DNA of 64,000 nucleotides from Nitrospirota bacterium. GTDB lineage: Bacteria; Nitrospirota; UBA9217. The DNA is taken from assembly GCA_963754875.1 (NCBI GenBank), contig CAVWHO010000007.1:128001-192000 (forward strand), read 5' to 3'. The first letter of the stretch is position 1. Every line of letters begins with the position of its first letter. The translations under genes and the position numbers were made by a program. The notes under the pieces are model-generated. The model searched no databases. It saw only the letters and a program-made list of their open reading frames with translations, and had not been told where the DNA came from. Below, piece by piece: positions 53,501-63,002 of this stretch.

Positions 53501-54409
53501 TCAATAACTGTACCTCAAGGCAACTGAAAAGACATTGTCCGTGTTGTTCGTACCTGTCGCAGTCACTTTACTGACCTGAAGATCGTACTCACCGGCAATG
53601 GCCCACGACTTGAGAAGCGTGTGCTCGGCGCCGAAAAAGACGGAGTTGGTTTGTATTTCAGCGCCGGACGGTTCATCGTATCTTTCCACAAGGTAGCTGT
53701 AACCGATCGAGGCAGTTGTCTTCCGGGAAAGGGAGTAACCCGCGCTCACGCCGATCCTTGTTCCGGCATAGCTGAAGGAGGCGGTATCGGCATTGTTCTT
53801 TTCGTACTCGCCGAACTCCCGGATCCAGAGCGGAGGAGTGAGCTTCTCTTTCAGACTTACATTCCCGCCATAGGACGTGCTGTCACGCTGGCTGTCGCCG
53901 AACCGTTTGACTTTGCCAAGGACGGCAAATCGGGCGGAAACGACATTACCCAGGCCCATGTTGATGCCCGTGCTTACCCCGCCGATCGTCGCATCGAGGT
54001 CCGTGTAGGTGTTGTAGGACGTGTGATCGGCAAAACCTTTCGCAAAGACTTCTGCGTTTTTACCGATGTCCTGATAGCCTCCTGCTTCAGCAGACAACGT
54101 TGCCGAAAAATCGCCCGGCGACTGGGTGCTTGACCCGGCACCCGTATATCTGCTGTTTCCACCTCCCATACCCCCCATGCTGCCTTGCCGCATAACCATT
54201 CCACCAGACGTTCCGCCTCCGGAGACGCCCTGTCCGCGCTGCTGGTCCGACAGGAGGCCGACCACGTTGTCTTCGTACGTAAGCCTGAATTCGGCGTTGA
54301 GGATGATGCCGGCGAATGCCTGGGCCGGGATAAGAGAGAAGATACAGGCCGAGAGCATGAGAGCAAGATATGCACGGCAGGGCATGGAGAATCGGGTTTG
54401 CATATTCAT
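53501..54409 (-). CDS. Predicted outer-membrane beta-barrel with Gly/Met-rich insert
   Basis: Signal peptide (AQAFA-G), alternating beta strands, C-terminal VALRYSY. Confidence 0.65.
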   Translation of the reverse strand: MNMQTRFSMPCRAYLALMLSACIFSLIPAQAFAGIILNAEFRLTYEDNVVGLLSDQQRGQGVSGGGTSGGMVMRQGSMGGMGGGNSRYTGAGSSTQSPGDFSATLSAEAGGYQDIGKNAEVFAKGFADHTSYNTYTDLDATIGGVSTGINMGLGNVVSARFAVLGKVKRFGDSQRDSTSYGGNVSLKEKLTPPLWIREFGEYEKNNADTASFSYAGTRIGVSAGYSLSRKTTASIGYSYLVERYDEPSGAEIQTNSVFFGAEHTLLKSWAIAGEYDLQVSKVTATGTNNTDNVFSVALRYSY

Positions 54410-54541
54410 TGAGGCAGCTCCTTTTCTGTAAAAAAATGAACAACACGGGCGAAGGACTATGCCTCACCTCCCCCACCACATCTCACGGGGACAACTGAGG
54501 ATAGCCCTTCACCCTCTGTTCTTAATTTAGAAGCTATACGA

Positions 54542-55090
54542 TTAGTGGCCTTTGCCGTGGGACATGCCGGAGCCGCCGATGTTGTCGTGGTCCATCCCCT
54601 CGTGGCCCATATCACCATGCTGTTCCTGATGACGCTCCATGGTGTGCTCTTTCCCGCTTTTCATCTCCCGGTTCATTTCCCTGTTCATGGTCCTCATCTG
54701 GGAAACCGTAGGCCCGAGCTTGGTGCCGAGCTTCTTGGCCACCTCGCCCCATCCCATCCTGGGCGGGCCTTGGCGCATTGTCATGACCTGCTGGATGTTT
54801 GCGTCCGTTACTCCGCCGGGCATCTTCTGGGCAAGCGAGCAGACGATGGAAATCTCACCGTATCCGAGCTTCTTGTCCCTGAGCCCCTGGATCTGTGTGT
54901 CAGTTACGTTGAACTCTTTTTCGAGTCGTCCGGCCACGACCTTCTCGCCCTGGCCGGTCTTTGCCGTCGTGCTGATTTCTCCTGCTTGCTTGTTGAGATC
55001 TTTTTCTTCCTTGGTCTCTGCTGCCCATGCCGTGCCCATCATCGTAAGCGTCAGCACGAGTACTCCGATCAATCCATACTTCCGTTTCAT
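54542..55090 (-). CDS. Exported helical protein with His/Met-rich tail
   Basis: Signal peptide (AWA-A); LGYGEI, MGWGEVAKKLG; tail HGDMGHEGMDHD...MSHGKGH. Confidence 0.75.
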   Translation of the reverse strand: MKRKYGLIGVLVLTLTMMGTAWAAETKEEKDLNKQAGEISTTAKTGQGEKVVAGRLEKEFNVTDTQIQGLRDKKLGYGEISIVCSLAQKMPGGVTDANIQQVMTMRQGPPRMGWGEVAKKLGTKLGPTVSQMRTMNREMNREMKSGKEHTMERHQEQHGDMGHEGMDHDNIGGSGMSHGKGH

Positions 55091-55185
55091 AAGAATCGCC
55101 TCCCTTTGGTATTGTTCACCATCTTCATCAGTGGTTTCTGAGCCGAGTTTCCCAGTCTCTTTCCCGCATCAGCTCATCCGTCTTA

Positions 55186-56073
55186 CTACTTCCTGTGTCC
55201 ACCCATGCTCCCCATACCTGGTCCGGAACCCATCCCGCGTCCGCCGCCCATCTCCTGTTGCTCCATGCCGCGGCCGCCTTGCATGCCTTCCCGCTCCATC
55301 TGTACTCCCGCATCCTCGGCCCTGGTTCCGTGCATCATTTTATCAGCCATCTGTTTCACCATGCCGTCCAGGTCCCGTTCGGAATAGCCCTGCTCGACTG
55401 CATTCTGGACGAGGTGCGATGAAGTCTTAAGGGACATGCCGCTTCCCGCAAAATAGGCAGACGTATTTGCCGCGCTGGTAAAGAGTAGCAGCGATCCTTT
55501 CCTTTCCCGAACAGCTGCGCCCATCCCTTTGAGGTCCTCTGCGGGAATGGACTTCTCGAGCGCCCGGGCCGCTGCCTCAATTGCCGCCTCCCGTTCTGCT
55601 TTTCCTCGAGGCTTTACCCCGCCTCGGATAAGATTGTCAACGATGGGTTGCGCAACGACAAGCTTTTCCGCCAGATGCTGGGCTGCAGCGACGATCCGCT
55701 CGAGGGGAACGCCTTTAGACAGCCCCTGCTCGATTCTGTCTAAAACCGGGGCAACGGGTACTCCCTCTTTTTTCGCGGACAGGCCGGCATCGATGAGCCG
55801 ATTGATGCTCCCTGCGTCTGCGCCGCGTCGAACGGCCCGGGACACGATGATTTCGACGTCCTCTGCCGGCACCCCATTGTTTATGGCGACAGCCGCCCTT
55901 GCATGGACATCAGCCTGCTCCGTTTTGGGGAGCGAGGAAGACTGCAGGATGCCGTTGATCGCGTCGAGACGCCTTTCCTCTGTTGCAAACGTTCGTAACG
56001 GAAGGGCAAGAAGAAGCAGAAACACCATGCCTGCACACGTTCGCATTGCGCCTATCATTATCGATCTCTTCAT
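55186..56073 (-). CDS. Exported alpha-helical repeat protein with Gly/Met-rich tail
   Basis: Repeated G(V/I)P..(D/E) helical units; tail GMQGGRGM...GMGSMGGHRK; ATGA overlap with the anti-sigma. Confidence 0.7.
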   Translation of the reverse strand: MKRSIMIGAMRTCAGMVFLLLLALPLRTFATEERRLDAINGILQSSSLPKTEQADVHARAAVAINNGVPAEDVEIIVSRAVRRGADAGSINRLIDAGLSAKKEGVPVAPVLDRIEQGLSKGVPLERIVAAAQHLAEKLVVAQPIVDNLIRGGVKPRGKAEREAAIEAAARALEKSIPAEDLKGMGAAVRERKGSLLLFTSAANTSAYFAGSGMSLKTSSHLVQNAVEQGYSERDLDGMVKQMADKMMHGTRAEDAGVQMEREGMQGGRGMEQQEMGGGRGMGSGPGMGSMGGHRK

Positions 56074-56723
56074 ATAGTAGATACCCTCAACACGGCGTTC
56101 CGTGAACCGAACCCGTCATCTTCATATGTTTCCGCCCCGGGATCAGCGACCCATGCTTTTCCGTCCACAACGAAGCTGTAGGAATAAACGCCGGGCGTTA
56201 ACTTCAGATCAATGCTCCACATGCCGTCGGCCCCTTTCATCTCGTTGGCGTCAGCCTTCCACTTATTGAAGTCGCCAGCCACCGAAACGCTGCGGGCCTG
56301 GGGCGAGTAAAAGGTCAGGCGCACGGTAACGGCGGACTCGACCAGTCCGGCCCCGTTCATTGCCGACTCGTGATGAACGCGGCTTATTGTCATGACGGCA
56401 ACGAGAACGATAACAACCGCGCCGAGCGCAGACGCCATGTTCCAATGCAGCACCCGGCTGCCCAAGAGAAATTCCCTGAGCCGGGCAAACAGGGACCTCT
56501 CTTTCCTCGGCAGTTTCTTCATTACCTCGGCGGTAAAGAACACCGGCGGCTTCCGACGCTCACTCTGCTCGAGCATGCGGACCGTGCCTGCAAGCCCGGA
56601 GAATTCTTCCTTGAGCCTGGGATCGTCCTCAATACTCTTTCCCATGAGCTTTTTCTCGGCATCATCGGCTTCCTTGTCGAGAATTTTATGTATTGTATGT
56701 ATGATGTCCCGTTCTTTATCCAT
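56070..56723 (-). CDS. Anti-sigma factor with one TM and a periplasmic CBM48/AMPK-type glycogen-binding domain
   Basis: N-terminal helical ASD-like region (PPVFFTAEVM), TM; VSVAGDFNKW, PGVYSYSFVVDG..W.ADP, DGFG.RN. Confidence 0.8.
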   Translation of the reverse strand: MDKERDIIHTIHKILDKEADDAEKKLMGKSIEDDPRLKEEFSGLAGTVRMLEQSERRKPPVFFTAEVMKKLPRKERSLFARLREFLLGSRVLHWNMASALGAVVIVLVAVMTISRVHHESAMNGAGLVESAVTVRLTFYSPQARSVSVAGDFNKWKADANEMKGADGMWSIDLKLTPGVYSYSFVVDGKAWVADPGAETYEDDGFGSRNAVLRVSTI

Positions 56724-57279
56724 GGGTCACCCCTGCTTCGGCGAGAATCTTTCTGAGCATCTCCCGTCCCCGGTGCGCCCGCACCTTGAGCGCTGTTATG
56801 CCTGTTCCCGTGATGGCTGCAATTTCCAGATAATCCAGCTCCTCGATATGCTTCAGAATAAGCACCTCGCGATAATCCGCGGGAAGAGCACCCAACGCCT
56901 GCTGCAGGATGTCCTTGCTCTGGCCTGCTGCTGCGGTCTGTTCCGGAGAAGTGCCGCTGTCTGGCATGACCTCGGCAATTTCGTCCGTCGAAACTGTCTG
57001 TTTCGTCGAGCGCAAATGGTCCCGGCATTTGTTCAACGCGATGCTGTACAGCCACGAGGAAAATTTCGCTCCGAACCGAAACTGCCCGAGCCCGTTGTAA
57101 GCGGCGATGAAGCTTTCCTGGGCGAGGTCCTTTGCAATATCTTCGTCCCCGACCATACGGTATGCCACATTGTAGACCATTGTTTTATAACGGTCCACCA
57201 GGAGGGAATAAGAATCGGCATCCCCATCCAGGCATTTCCGAATAATGGTCTCTTCCTCTGACTGCTCACTGTTCCTCAT
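56716..57279 (-). CDS. ECF RNA polymerase sigma factor
   Basis: AKDLAQESFI, FSSWLYSIALN.C.D, region 4 LDYLEIA...KVRAHRGR. Confidence 0.92.
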   Translation of the reverse strand: MRNSEQSEEETIIRKCLDGDADSYSLLVDRYKTMVYNVAYRMVGDEDIAKDLAQESFIAAYNGLGQFRFGAKFSSWLYSIALNKCRDHLRSTKQTVSTDEIAEVMPDSGTSPEQTAAAGQSKDILQQALGALPADYREVLILKHIEELDYLEIAAITGTGITALKVRAHRGREMLRKILAEAGVTHG

Positions 57280-57291
57280 TGTTGTACCTAT

Positions 57292-57319
57292 AAGACGAGC
57301 CGGCGCAAAAAAGGTTACA
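57292..57319 (-). promoter_or_regulatory. Candidate autoregulatory ECF promoter
   Basis: Minus strand TGTAAC-16 nt-CGTCTT just upstream of the sigma start. Confidence 0.65.
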
Positions 57320-57333
57320 TGCTTTTCCACGAG

Positions 57334-57684
57334 TTACGGCTCGACAACGAACAGGGAGTTCCGGTCTCCCAACCCGTCATCAACAAACGGCGCCGAGGGG
57401 TCAAGGACCCACCCTGTATTGTTCACGACAAAGCGATACTCATAGTGGCCCGGGGGAAGGGGCAGTATGATGGACCAGATGCCCCTTTTGTCGGGACCCG
57501 TAAGACGGTCATGTCCCGGGCTCCAGCGATTGAAACTGCCCACAATCGAGATATTCGTTGCCGAGGGAGCGTAATAAGAAAAACGAACGCCCTCGCGCAG
57601 TACCACCGGCTCAAGCGATTTCGGCGCGCAGCCGATAACCGGAAAAAAGAGCAGCGTTATAAAAATGAAAGTACGGATGGGCAT
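57334..57684 (-). CDS. CBM48/AMPK-type glycogen-binding lipoprotein
   Basis: Lipobox VIGC; IVGSFNRW, PGHYEYRFVVN..W.LDP, DDGLG.RNS. Confidence 0.8.
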   Translation of the reverse strand: MPIRTFIFITLLFFPVIGCAPKSLEPVVLREGVRFSYYAPSATNISIVGSFNRWSPGHDRLTGPDKRGIWSIILPLPPGHYEYRFVVNNTGWVLDPSAPFVDDGLGDRNSLFVVEP

Positions 57685-57920
57685 TTCTACTTTTCGCACA
57701 ATCGTTTTGACGTGATCAGTCGCTGGAGCATCGGTTAATTATAACACCTCCTGATAATGCATTCCAAAGTATCAGTTCAGGAGGACGTTATTTGCTGCGA
57801 AAGACCTATTTTAACGTTTTTTCCACTTTGTTGTAATTTTTTTTGACTTATTCGTCTTATTCGCAATGTCACATACTGGGATGTATTATGCGATCGTTTT
57901 CATTTAAAGAAGGAAGTATT

Positions 57921-58022
57921 ATGATGCAGGAATTCAAAAAAGTATCAGTACTTGCTCTCATACAGAAGTTGACTTCCTCGAACGGACAAATCCAATTGCT
58001 GCGTCTCCGGGCCGGGGGGTGA
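57921..58022 (+). CDS. Candidate 33-aa leader peptide (uORF)
   Basis: AAGGA RBS; MMQEFKKVSVLALIQKLTSSNGQIQLLRLRAGG*; stop codon lies in a hairpin just before a terminator. Confidence 0.45.
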   Translation: MMQEFKKVSVLALIQKLTSSNGQIQLLRLRAGG

Positions 58023-58041
58023 ATCCCGGACAAGACCAGAT

Positions 58042-58074
58042 GGGCAGCCGGTTTTATTATCGGCTGCCTTTTTT
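58042..58074 (+). terminator. Leader terminator upstream of the P-type ATPase
   Basis: GGCAGCCG-gttttattat-CGGCTGCC-TTTTTT. Confidence 0.8.
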
Positions 58075-58252
58075 GTGCTCGATCCCCGGAGGGTCGTTCT
58101 TTGCGTACCTTTACAATGAGGAAAACTCATGCTAACTTAAGGAGGAGAATGGCCCGTTCGTACCTGTGCAGGGGCCATGTGTCTCGCCGTAGCAGTGGTC
58201 TCGGGGACGCTTATTGCATTCATCTCATTCGGACATAAGAACTGAGCAGACC

Positions 58253-60955
58253 ATGGGGACGGTATCCTGGCATTGCCTCGCTGCTGAAGAAGCTTTTAAA
58301 GAGCTGAACACGTCGGCTGGCGGCCTCTCACACAACGACGCGCGAGTGCGCCTCCGGCAAGACGGCCCCAACGAGCTCGTCGAGAAAGCCCGCAAAACAC
58401 CCCTCATGATGTTCCTGGGCCAGTTCAGCGACTTCATGATTTTGGTGCTTATCGCTGCGGCGGTCGTCTCCGGCATTATCGGCGAACCCTCCGACACCAT
58501 CGCCATCATCGTCATACTCCTCCTGAACTCCATTCTCGGGTTCACCCAGGAATACCGGGCTGAAAAGGCCATGATGGCGCTCAAGAAGATGGCCGCAGCA
58601 AGCGCGCTTGTCCTCCGCGACGGGAAGCCTGTCGCCATCCCCGCAAGGGGACTCGTACGCGGGGACATAGTCCTGGTGGAAGCGGGCAACATCGTCCCCG
58701 CAGACCTGCGCATCATCGAGGCGGCGCGACTCAAAGCGGAAGAGGCTGCGCTGACTGGTGAGTCAGTCCCGGTTGAGAAACACCCGCAAGTCCTGCCAGC
58801 CGAGTCGCTCGCCCTGGGCGACAGGAAGAACATGCTCTACAAGGGAACATTCGTCACCTACGGCCGCGGCACGGGCGTGGTAACGGCGACCGGCATGAGC
58901 ACGGAACTCGGCAGGATTGCGTCCCTGCTCCAGCAACAGGGCGAGGCAAAGACGCCCCTGCAAAAGCGGCTCGCCCATTTCGGCAAACGGATCTCCCTGG
59001 CAGTCCTCCTCATCTGTGCCATCGTGTTTGCCGGCGGACTGCTGCGTGGTGAGCCGGCGGTGAACATCTTTCTCGTTGCCGTGAGTCTCGCCGTTGCTGC
59101 CATTCCCGAAGCCCTGCCCGCCGTCGTCACCATCTCTCTCGCCCTGGGCGCCCGCAGGATGGTGAAACAGAACGCCCTGGTCCGAAAGCTGCCTGCGGTC
59201 GAAACACTCGGTTCCGTTACCTATATCTGCTCGGACAAGACGGGGACGCTCACGCTCAACAAGATGACGGTGGAGGAGCTATGGGTGAACGGAACGGTCA
59301 TTACGACGGACGAGGGACGACGGACGAGGGATGAAAAAGGGGATTCGAGTACGATTCCCGATCGTCTCACTCCCCGTGCAGTCTTCTTTACTTCGCTTGC
59401 CCTGTCCAACGACGCGCGGCCTGACCCGTCGGGGAACATCATCGGCGATCCAACGGAAGCAGCGCTGCTGGTAGTCGCCCGGGACAACGGTTATGAAAAA
59501 ACCGATATGGAATCTGCCTATCCGCGTGCAGCTGAAATCCCCTTTGACTCGGATAGAAAGTTGATGACGACGTTCCACAAAATCCCGTCTGCGTCCATCG
59601 TCCCTCGTCCTTCGTTCCTTTCGGGCGGGACGTACGTCTCTTTCACCAAGGGCGCTGTCGAGGTGCTGCTCGATCGGTCGACCGTTGTTCTGACCACGGA
59701 CGGCATCCAGCCCTTAGACCGGGACGAGGTAAAAAAAATGAGCGAACGCATCGCCACTGACGGGCTCCGGGTCATGGCGATCGGCATGCGGACCTGGGAC
59801 GCCCTTCCCTTGGACCGCTCGACCGGGAACGTCGAGACCGGGCTGGTCCTGCTCGGCCTCATAGGCATGATGGACCCCCCGCGGGAAGAGGCGAAACAGG
59901 CCGTCGCCGAGTGCAGGAGCGCGGGCATCACACCTGTCATGATCACGGGCGATCATCCGCTGACCGCCCGGGCGATCGCAAAGCGCGTCGGCATCCTGGA
60001 CCCGGACGACCCGAAGGCCGTCATCACCGGCGCAGAGCTCGATGCCCTGTCGCTCACAGAGTTCGAGCAGCGCGTCGAATCCATCCGGGTCTATGCGCGC
60101 GTTGCACCCGAGCAGAAGCTTAAAATCGTCCAGGCGCTCCAGGAACGCGGGCACTTCGTGGCCATGACCGGCGACGGCGTGAACGACGCGCCGGCGCTGA
60201 AGCGCGCGGACATCGGCATTGCCATGGGCGAGACGGGAACCGACGTTGCCAAAGAGGCATCGTCCATGATCCTGCTCGACGACAACTTCGCGACGATCGT
60301 GAAAGCTGTAAAGGAAGGCCGGACGATCTACGACAATGTCCGGAAATTCATCCGGTACCTGCTTACCACCAATTCGGGGGAGATCTGGACCCTCTTTCTC
60401 GCGCCGTTCCTGGGCCTGCCGATCCCGCTCCAGCCGATCCATATCCTCTGGATCAACCTCGTGACCGATGGTCTGCCGGCATTGGCGCTGTCCCTGGAGC
60501 CGGCCGAACATAATGTGATGAGCCGCCCGCCGCGCCATCCCCGGGAAGGCTTGTTCGCGCACGGTCTGGGCATCCATGCGATCTGGGTGGGTTTGCTCAT
60601 GGGCGGCGTGGTGCTCGGTCTCCAGGCATGGGCCATCCACATTCGTGACGCTCACTGGCAAACCATGGTGTTTACGGTCCTGTGCCTTCTCCAGCTGGGT
60701 CATGTAATGGCTATTCGATCAGAGAAGGAGTCCTTGTTTCAGCAGGGGGTTCTCTCGAACAAGGCCCTGCTGGCGACCGTCGTCGCGACTGTCGTCCTTC
60801 AACTAATGACTGTTTACGTCCCTGCGCTCAACCCGGTGTTCAAGACCCAGCCGCTGGCCGCAAATGAGCTCATCACCGTGCTGGCTTTGTCGTCGGTCAT
60901 TTTCCTCGCGGTCGAGTTGGAAAAGCTCATCAAACGCATCCAAAAAACAGCTTGA
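58253..60955 (+). CDS. P-type IIA (Ca2+/cation) ATPase
   Basis: TGES, IPEALP, DKTGTLT, KGA, MITGD, GDGVNDAP, LWINLVTDG. Confidence 0.95.
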   Translation: MGTVSWHCLAAEEAFKELNTSAGGLSHNDARVRLRQDGPNELVEKARKTPLMMFLGQFSDFMILVLIAAAVVSGIIGEPSDTIAIIVILLLNSILGFTQEYRAEKAMMALKKMAAASALVLRDGKPVAIPARGLVRGDIVLVEAGNIVPADLRIIEAARLKAEEAALTGESVPVEKHPQVLPAESLALGDRKNMLYKGTFVTYGRGTGVVTATGMSTELGRIASLLQQQGEAKTPLQKRLAHFGKRISLAVLLICAIVFAGGLLRGEPAVNIFLVAVSLAVAAIPEALPAVVTISLALGARRMVKQNALVRKLPAVETLGSVTYICSDKTGTLTLNKMTVEELWVNGTVITTDEGRRTRDEKGDSSTIPDRLTPRAVFFTSLALSNDARPDPSGNIIGDPTEAALLVVARDNGYEKTDMESAYPRAAEIPFDSDRKLMTTFHKIPSASIVPRPSFLSGGTYVSFTKGAVEVLLDRSTVVLTTDGIQPLDRDEVKKMSERIATDGLRVMAIGMRTWDALPLDRSTGNVETGLVLLGLIGMMDPPREEAKQAVAECRSAGITPVMITGDHPLTARAIAKRVGILDPDDPKAVITGAELDALSLTEFEQRVESIRVYARVAPEQKLKIVQALQERGHFVAMTGDGVNDAPALKRADIGIAMGETGTDVAKEASSMILLDDNFATIVKAVKEGRTIYDNVRKFIRYLLTTNSGEIWTLFLAPFLGLPIPLQPIHILWINLVTDGLPALALSLEPAEHNVMSRPPRHPREGLFAHGLGIHAIWVGLLMGGVVLGLQAWAIHIRDAHWQTMVFTVLCLLQLGHVMAIRSEKESLFQQGVLSNKALLATVVATVVLQLMTVYVPALNPVFKTQPLAANELITVLALSSVIFLAVELEKLIKRIQKTA

Positions 60956-60980
60956 CAACGACTGCCGCTGGTATCATAAT
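60952..60980 (+). promoter_or_regulatory. Sigma70-type promoter overlapping the ATPase stop
   Basis: TTGACA-17 nt-CATAAT. Confidence 0.55.
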
Positions 60981-61223
60981 TTAACGAAACTTTATGCAAC
61001 CGCAATGAGGAGGACATCCACTACTGCTGCCAGCGCCGGGACCCGCATTACCTGATCCGGCGTGCATTAGCGTAAGAACGGTACGACCATGTTACCATCT
61101 CTGTCAGAAGGGGGTGATACAGAGTGGCGGAACCGCCATTTGCCGGAAGTATTTCATAGAGGCACCACGAATTGTGCTCTCAAACGGAAATGCTTTTATT
61201 GAGGAAGGGGGACCTCGGCAATT

Positions 61224-61535
61224 ATGGAAGAAAAAAAACTAGGCATCAGTAACGACTCGCGGGCAGTATGGATCGGGCCGTTCATTTTTATTCTCTCGTT
61301 GGGCGCCTTCATCGGCGAAGATGTTTTCGATTGGGGAATTACCACCGTCGCATGGAATGATCTTTCCAAGTCGCTGGAGCCGTTCTCTGCCACAGGCATG
61401 GACGGCGCGGCATCGCTCGTCATTACCTACGTTGTTCTCCTCGCCATCACGGGGTCGGCGCCAAAACAGTCACAGCCGATAACCCAAGTTCATCATCGAC
61501 TTTCCTGCGGTATAAAATGTGTCGTCAATGTCTGA
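61224..61535 (+). pseudogene. Probable truncated N-terminal remnant of a second YeiH-type transporter
   Basis: Two hydrophobic segments (AVWIGPFIFILSLG; SLVITYVVLLAIT) resembling YeiH N-termini, then a non-homologous tail. Confidence 0.4.
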
Positions 61536-61559
61536 ATTAAAAAGAGAGGGGGAATTATT

Positions 61560-62963
61560 ATGTCGGCAACGGAAATAAAGTCGCGAACTGAACAGGAACC
61601 GGCAGGATCCAAGGCGGCTCCCATGGGCTGGAAGGAACTCTACCTGAAAGAAGACTGGTGGGCGATCTATCTCGGAATCGGGATCGTGCTCATCTCGCTC
61701 GTCGCTTTTCTGAATGGAAGCGCCCTCGTGAAGTCGCTCTCCATAAATCCCGGAGGATTAAAGTGGTCGTCCTTCGGCCAGTTGAGGGACCACTTCAGCA
61801 GCAACATCCACTTGTACGCCCTCCAGTTGATTTCCTGGCTCATCATTTTCGGCATTTCCACACGGATCATGGGAATCAAGACGTCGGAGTTTCTTCCTTC
61901 CTTCATCGTCCTCTACGTGCTGTCCATCATCATGTTCGCCATCGGAGGGTGGGTTGATGCTCCGAAGTACAACCTGGAGCCGCCGCTGGTCGCGCTGATC
62001 GTCGGGCTCGTGATCGCAAACGTCGTCCCCCTGCCCAAGTGGATGGATGCGGGGTTCCGGGTGGAGTACTACATTAAAACGGGCATCGTGCTGCTCGGTG
62101 CGACGTTCCCCATCGCATTGGTCGCCTCAGCGGGACCGGTCGCCCTGCTCCAGGCCACAATAATCTCCCTGACGACCTGTCTCACCATCTATTTTGTCGC
62201 CACGAAGGTGTTCGGCCTCGACAAGAGGCTTGCCTCCGTCATCGGCGTGGGAGGAGCGGTCTGCGGCGTTTCCGCGTCCATGGCCATCGCAAGCTCGGTC
62301 AAGGCGAAAAAGGAAGACCTCTATACCTCGGTAACGCTCGTGGTGGTATGGGCTTTGATCATGATCTTCTTCATCCCCTTCGTGTCAAAGGCCCTCAATC
62401 TGAGCCCGGGAGACGCGGGCGCGTGGGTGGGCACGTCGGAGTTCGCCGACGCGGCGGGCTTCGCAGCCGCAAGCGCTTATGGCCGCATGGCCGGCAATGA
62501 GAACGCCGCCATCCAGGGATTCACCCTCATGAAGGTCATCGGCAGGGACATGTGGATCGGCATCTGGTCGTTCGTCTTCGCTCTTATCGCCTGCCTGAAG
62601 TGGGAAAAGGAGGAATGCGGCGTAAAGCCCAGCCCCATGGAAATCTGGTGGAGGTTCCCGAAATTCGTCATTGGGTTCTTCGTTGCCTCATTTTTCATGA
62701 CCACGATAACCGCCGGCTACTCCGCCGCGGACTTCAATGCGGCGGTAAAACCGGGCCTACTCTTGCCGATCGTTTCCCTCAGGTCGTGGGCGTTTATTTT
62801 CTGCTTCCTCAGCATAGGGCTTACGACCCGGTTTAAGGACCTGAAGGCTGCCGGCTGGAAACCCTTCGGCGCGTTTACGATCGGGGTGGCAGTCAATGTG
62901 GTGCTCGGGTTCGTCCTGTCGGTTTTTGTATTCGGCGGCTACTGGTCGAATCTCGGCAAATAG
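61560..62963 (+). CDS. Putative sulfate exporter family (YeiH/PSE) membrane protein
   Basis: EYYIKTGIVLLG, AVCGVSA, AGAWVGTS, KVIGRD, FLSIGLTT; many TM segments. Confidence 0.9.
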   Translation: MSATEIKSRTEQEPAGSKAAPMGWKELYLKEDWWAIYLGIGIVLISLVAFLNGSALVKSLSINPGGLKWSSFGQLRDHFSSNIHLYALQLISWLIIFGISTRIMGIKTSEFLPSFIVLYVLSIIMFAIGGWVDAPKYNLEPPLVALIVGLVIANVVPLPKWMDAGFRVEYYIKTGIVLLGATFPIALVASAGPVALLQATIISLTTCLTIYFVATKVFGLDKRLASVIGVGGAVCGVSASMAIASSVKAKKEDLYTSVTLVVVWALIMIFFIPFVSKALNLSPGDAGAWVGTSEFADAAGFAAASAYGRMAGNENAAIQGFTLMKVIGRDMWIGIWSFVFALIACLKWEKEECGVKPSPMEIWWRFPKFVIGFFVASFFMTTITAGYSAADFNAAVKPGLLLPIVSLRSWAFIFCFLSIGLTTRFKDLKAAGWKPFGAFTIGVAVNVVLGFVLSVFVFGGYWSNLGK

Positions 62964-63002
62964 CGTTCACAGCGGAAGTCCGACGTGCGTCAGGAGGCGA
63001 CC

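Noticed and set aside
57921..58022. uORF end LRLRAGG resembles the ubiquitin C-terminus LRLRGG, and a ThiF/E1-like gene is in the window
   Set aside because: 33 aa is too short for a beta-grasp fold, and the ThiF gene is about 18 kb away with no linkage
58010..58030. GGGGTGAATC resembling part of a c-di-AMP (ydaO) riboswitch
   Set aside because: The upstream GCTGAATCC/GGGGA-CCA elements and symmetric architecture are absent; the uORF explanation fits better
58150..58247. Tiny ORFs between the leader terminator and the ATPase (MARSYLC...; MCLAVAVVSGTLIAFISFGHKN)
   Set aside because: Poor RBS spacing and ambiguous frame; could be a broken small membrane protein but not supportable
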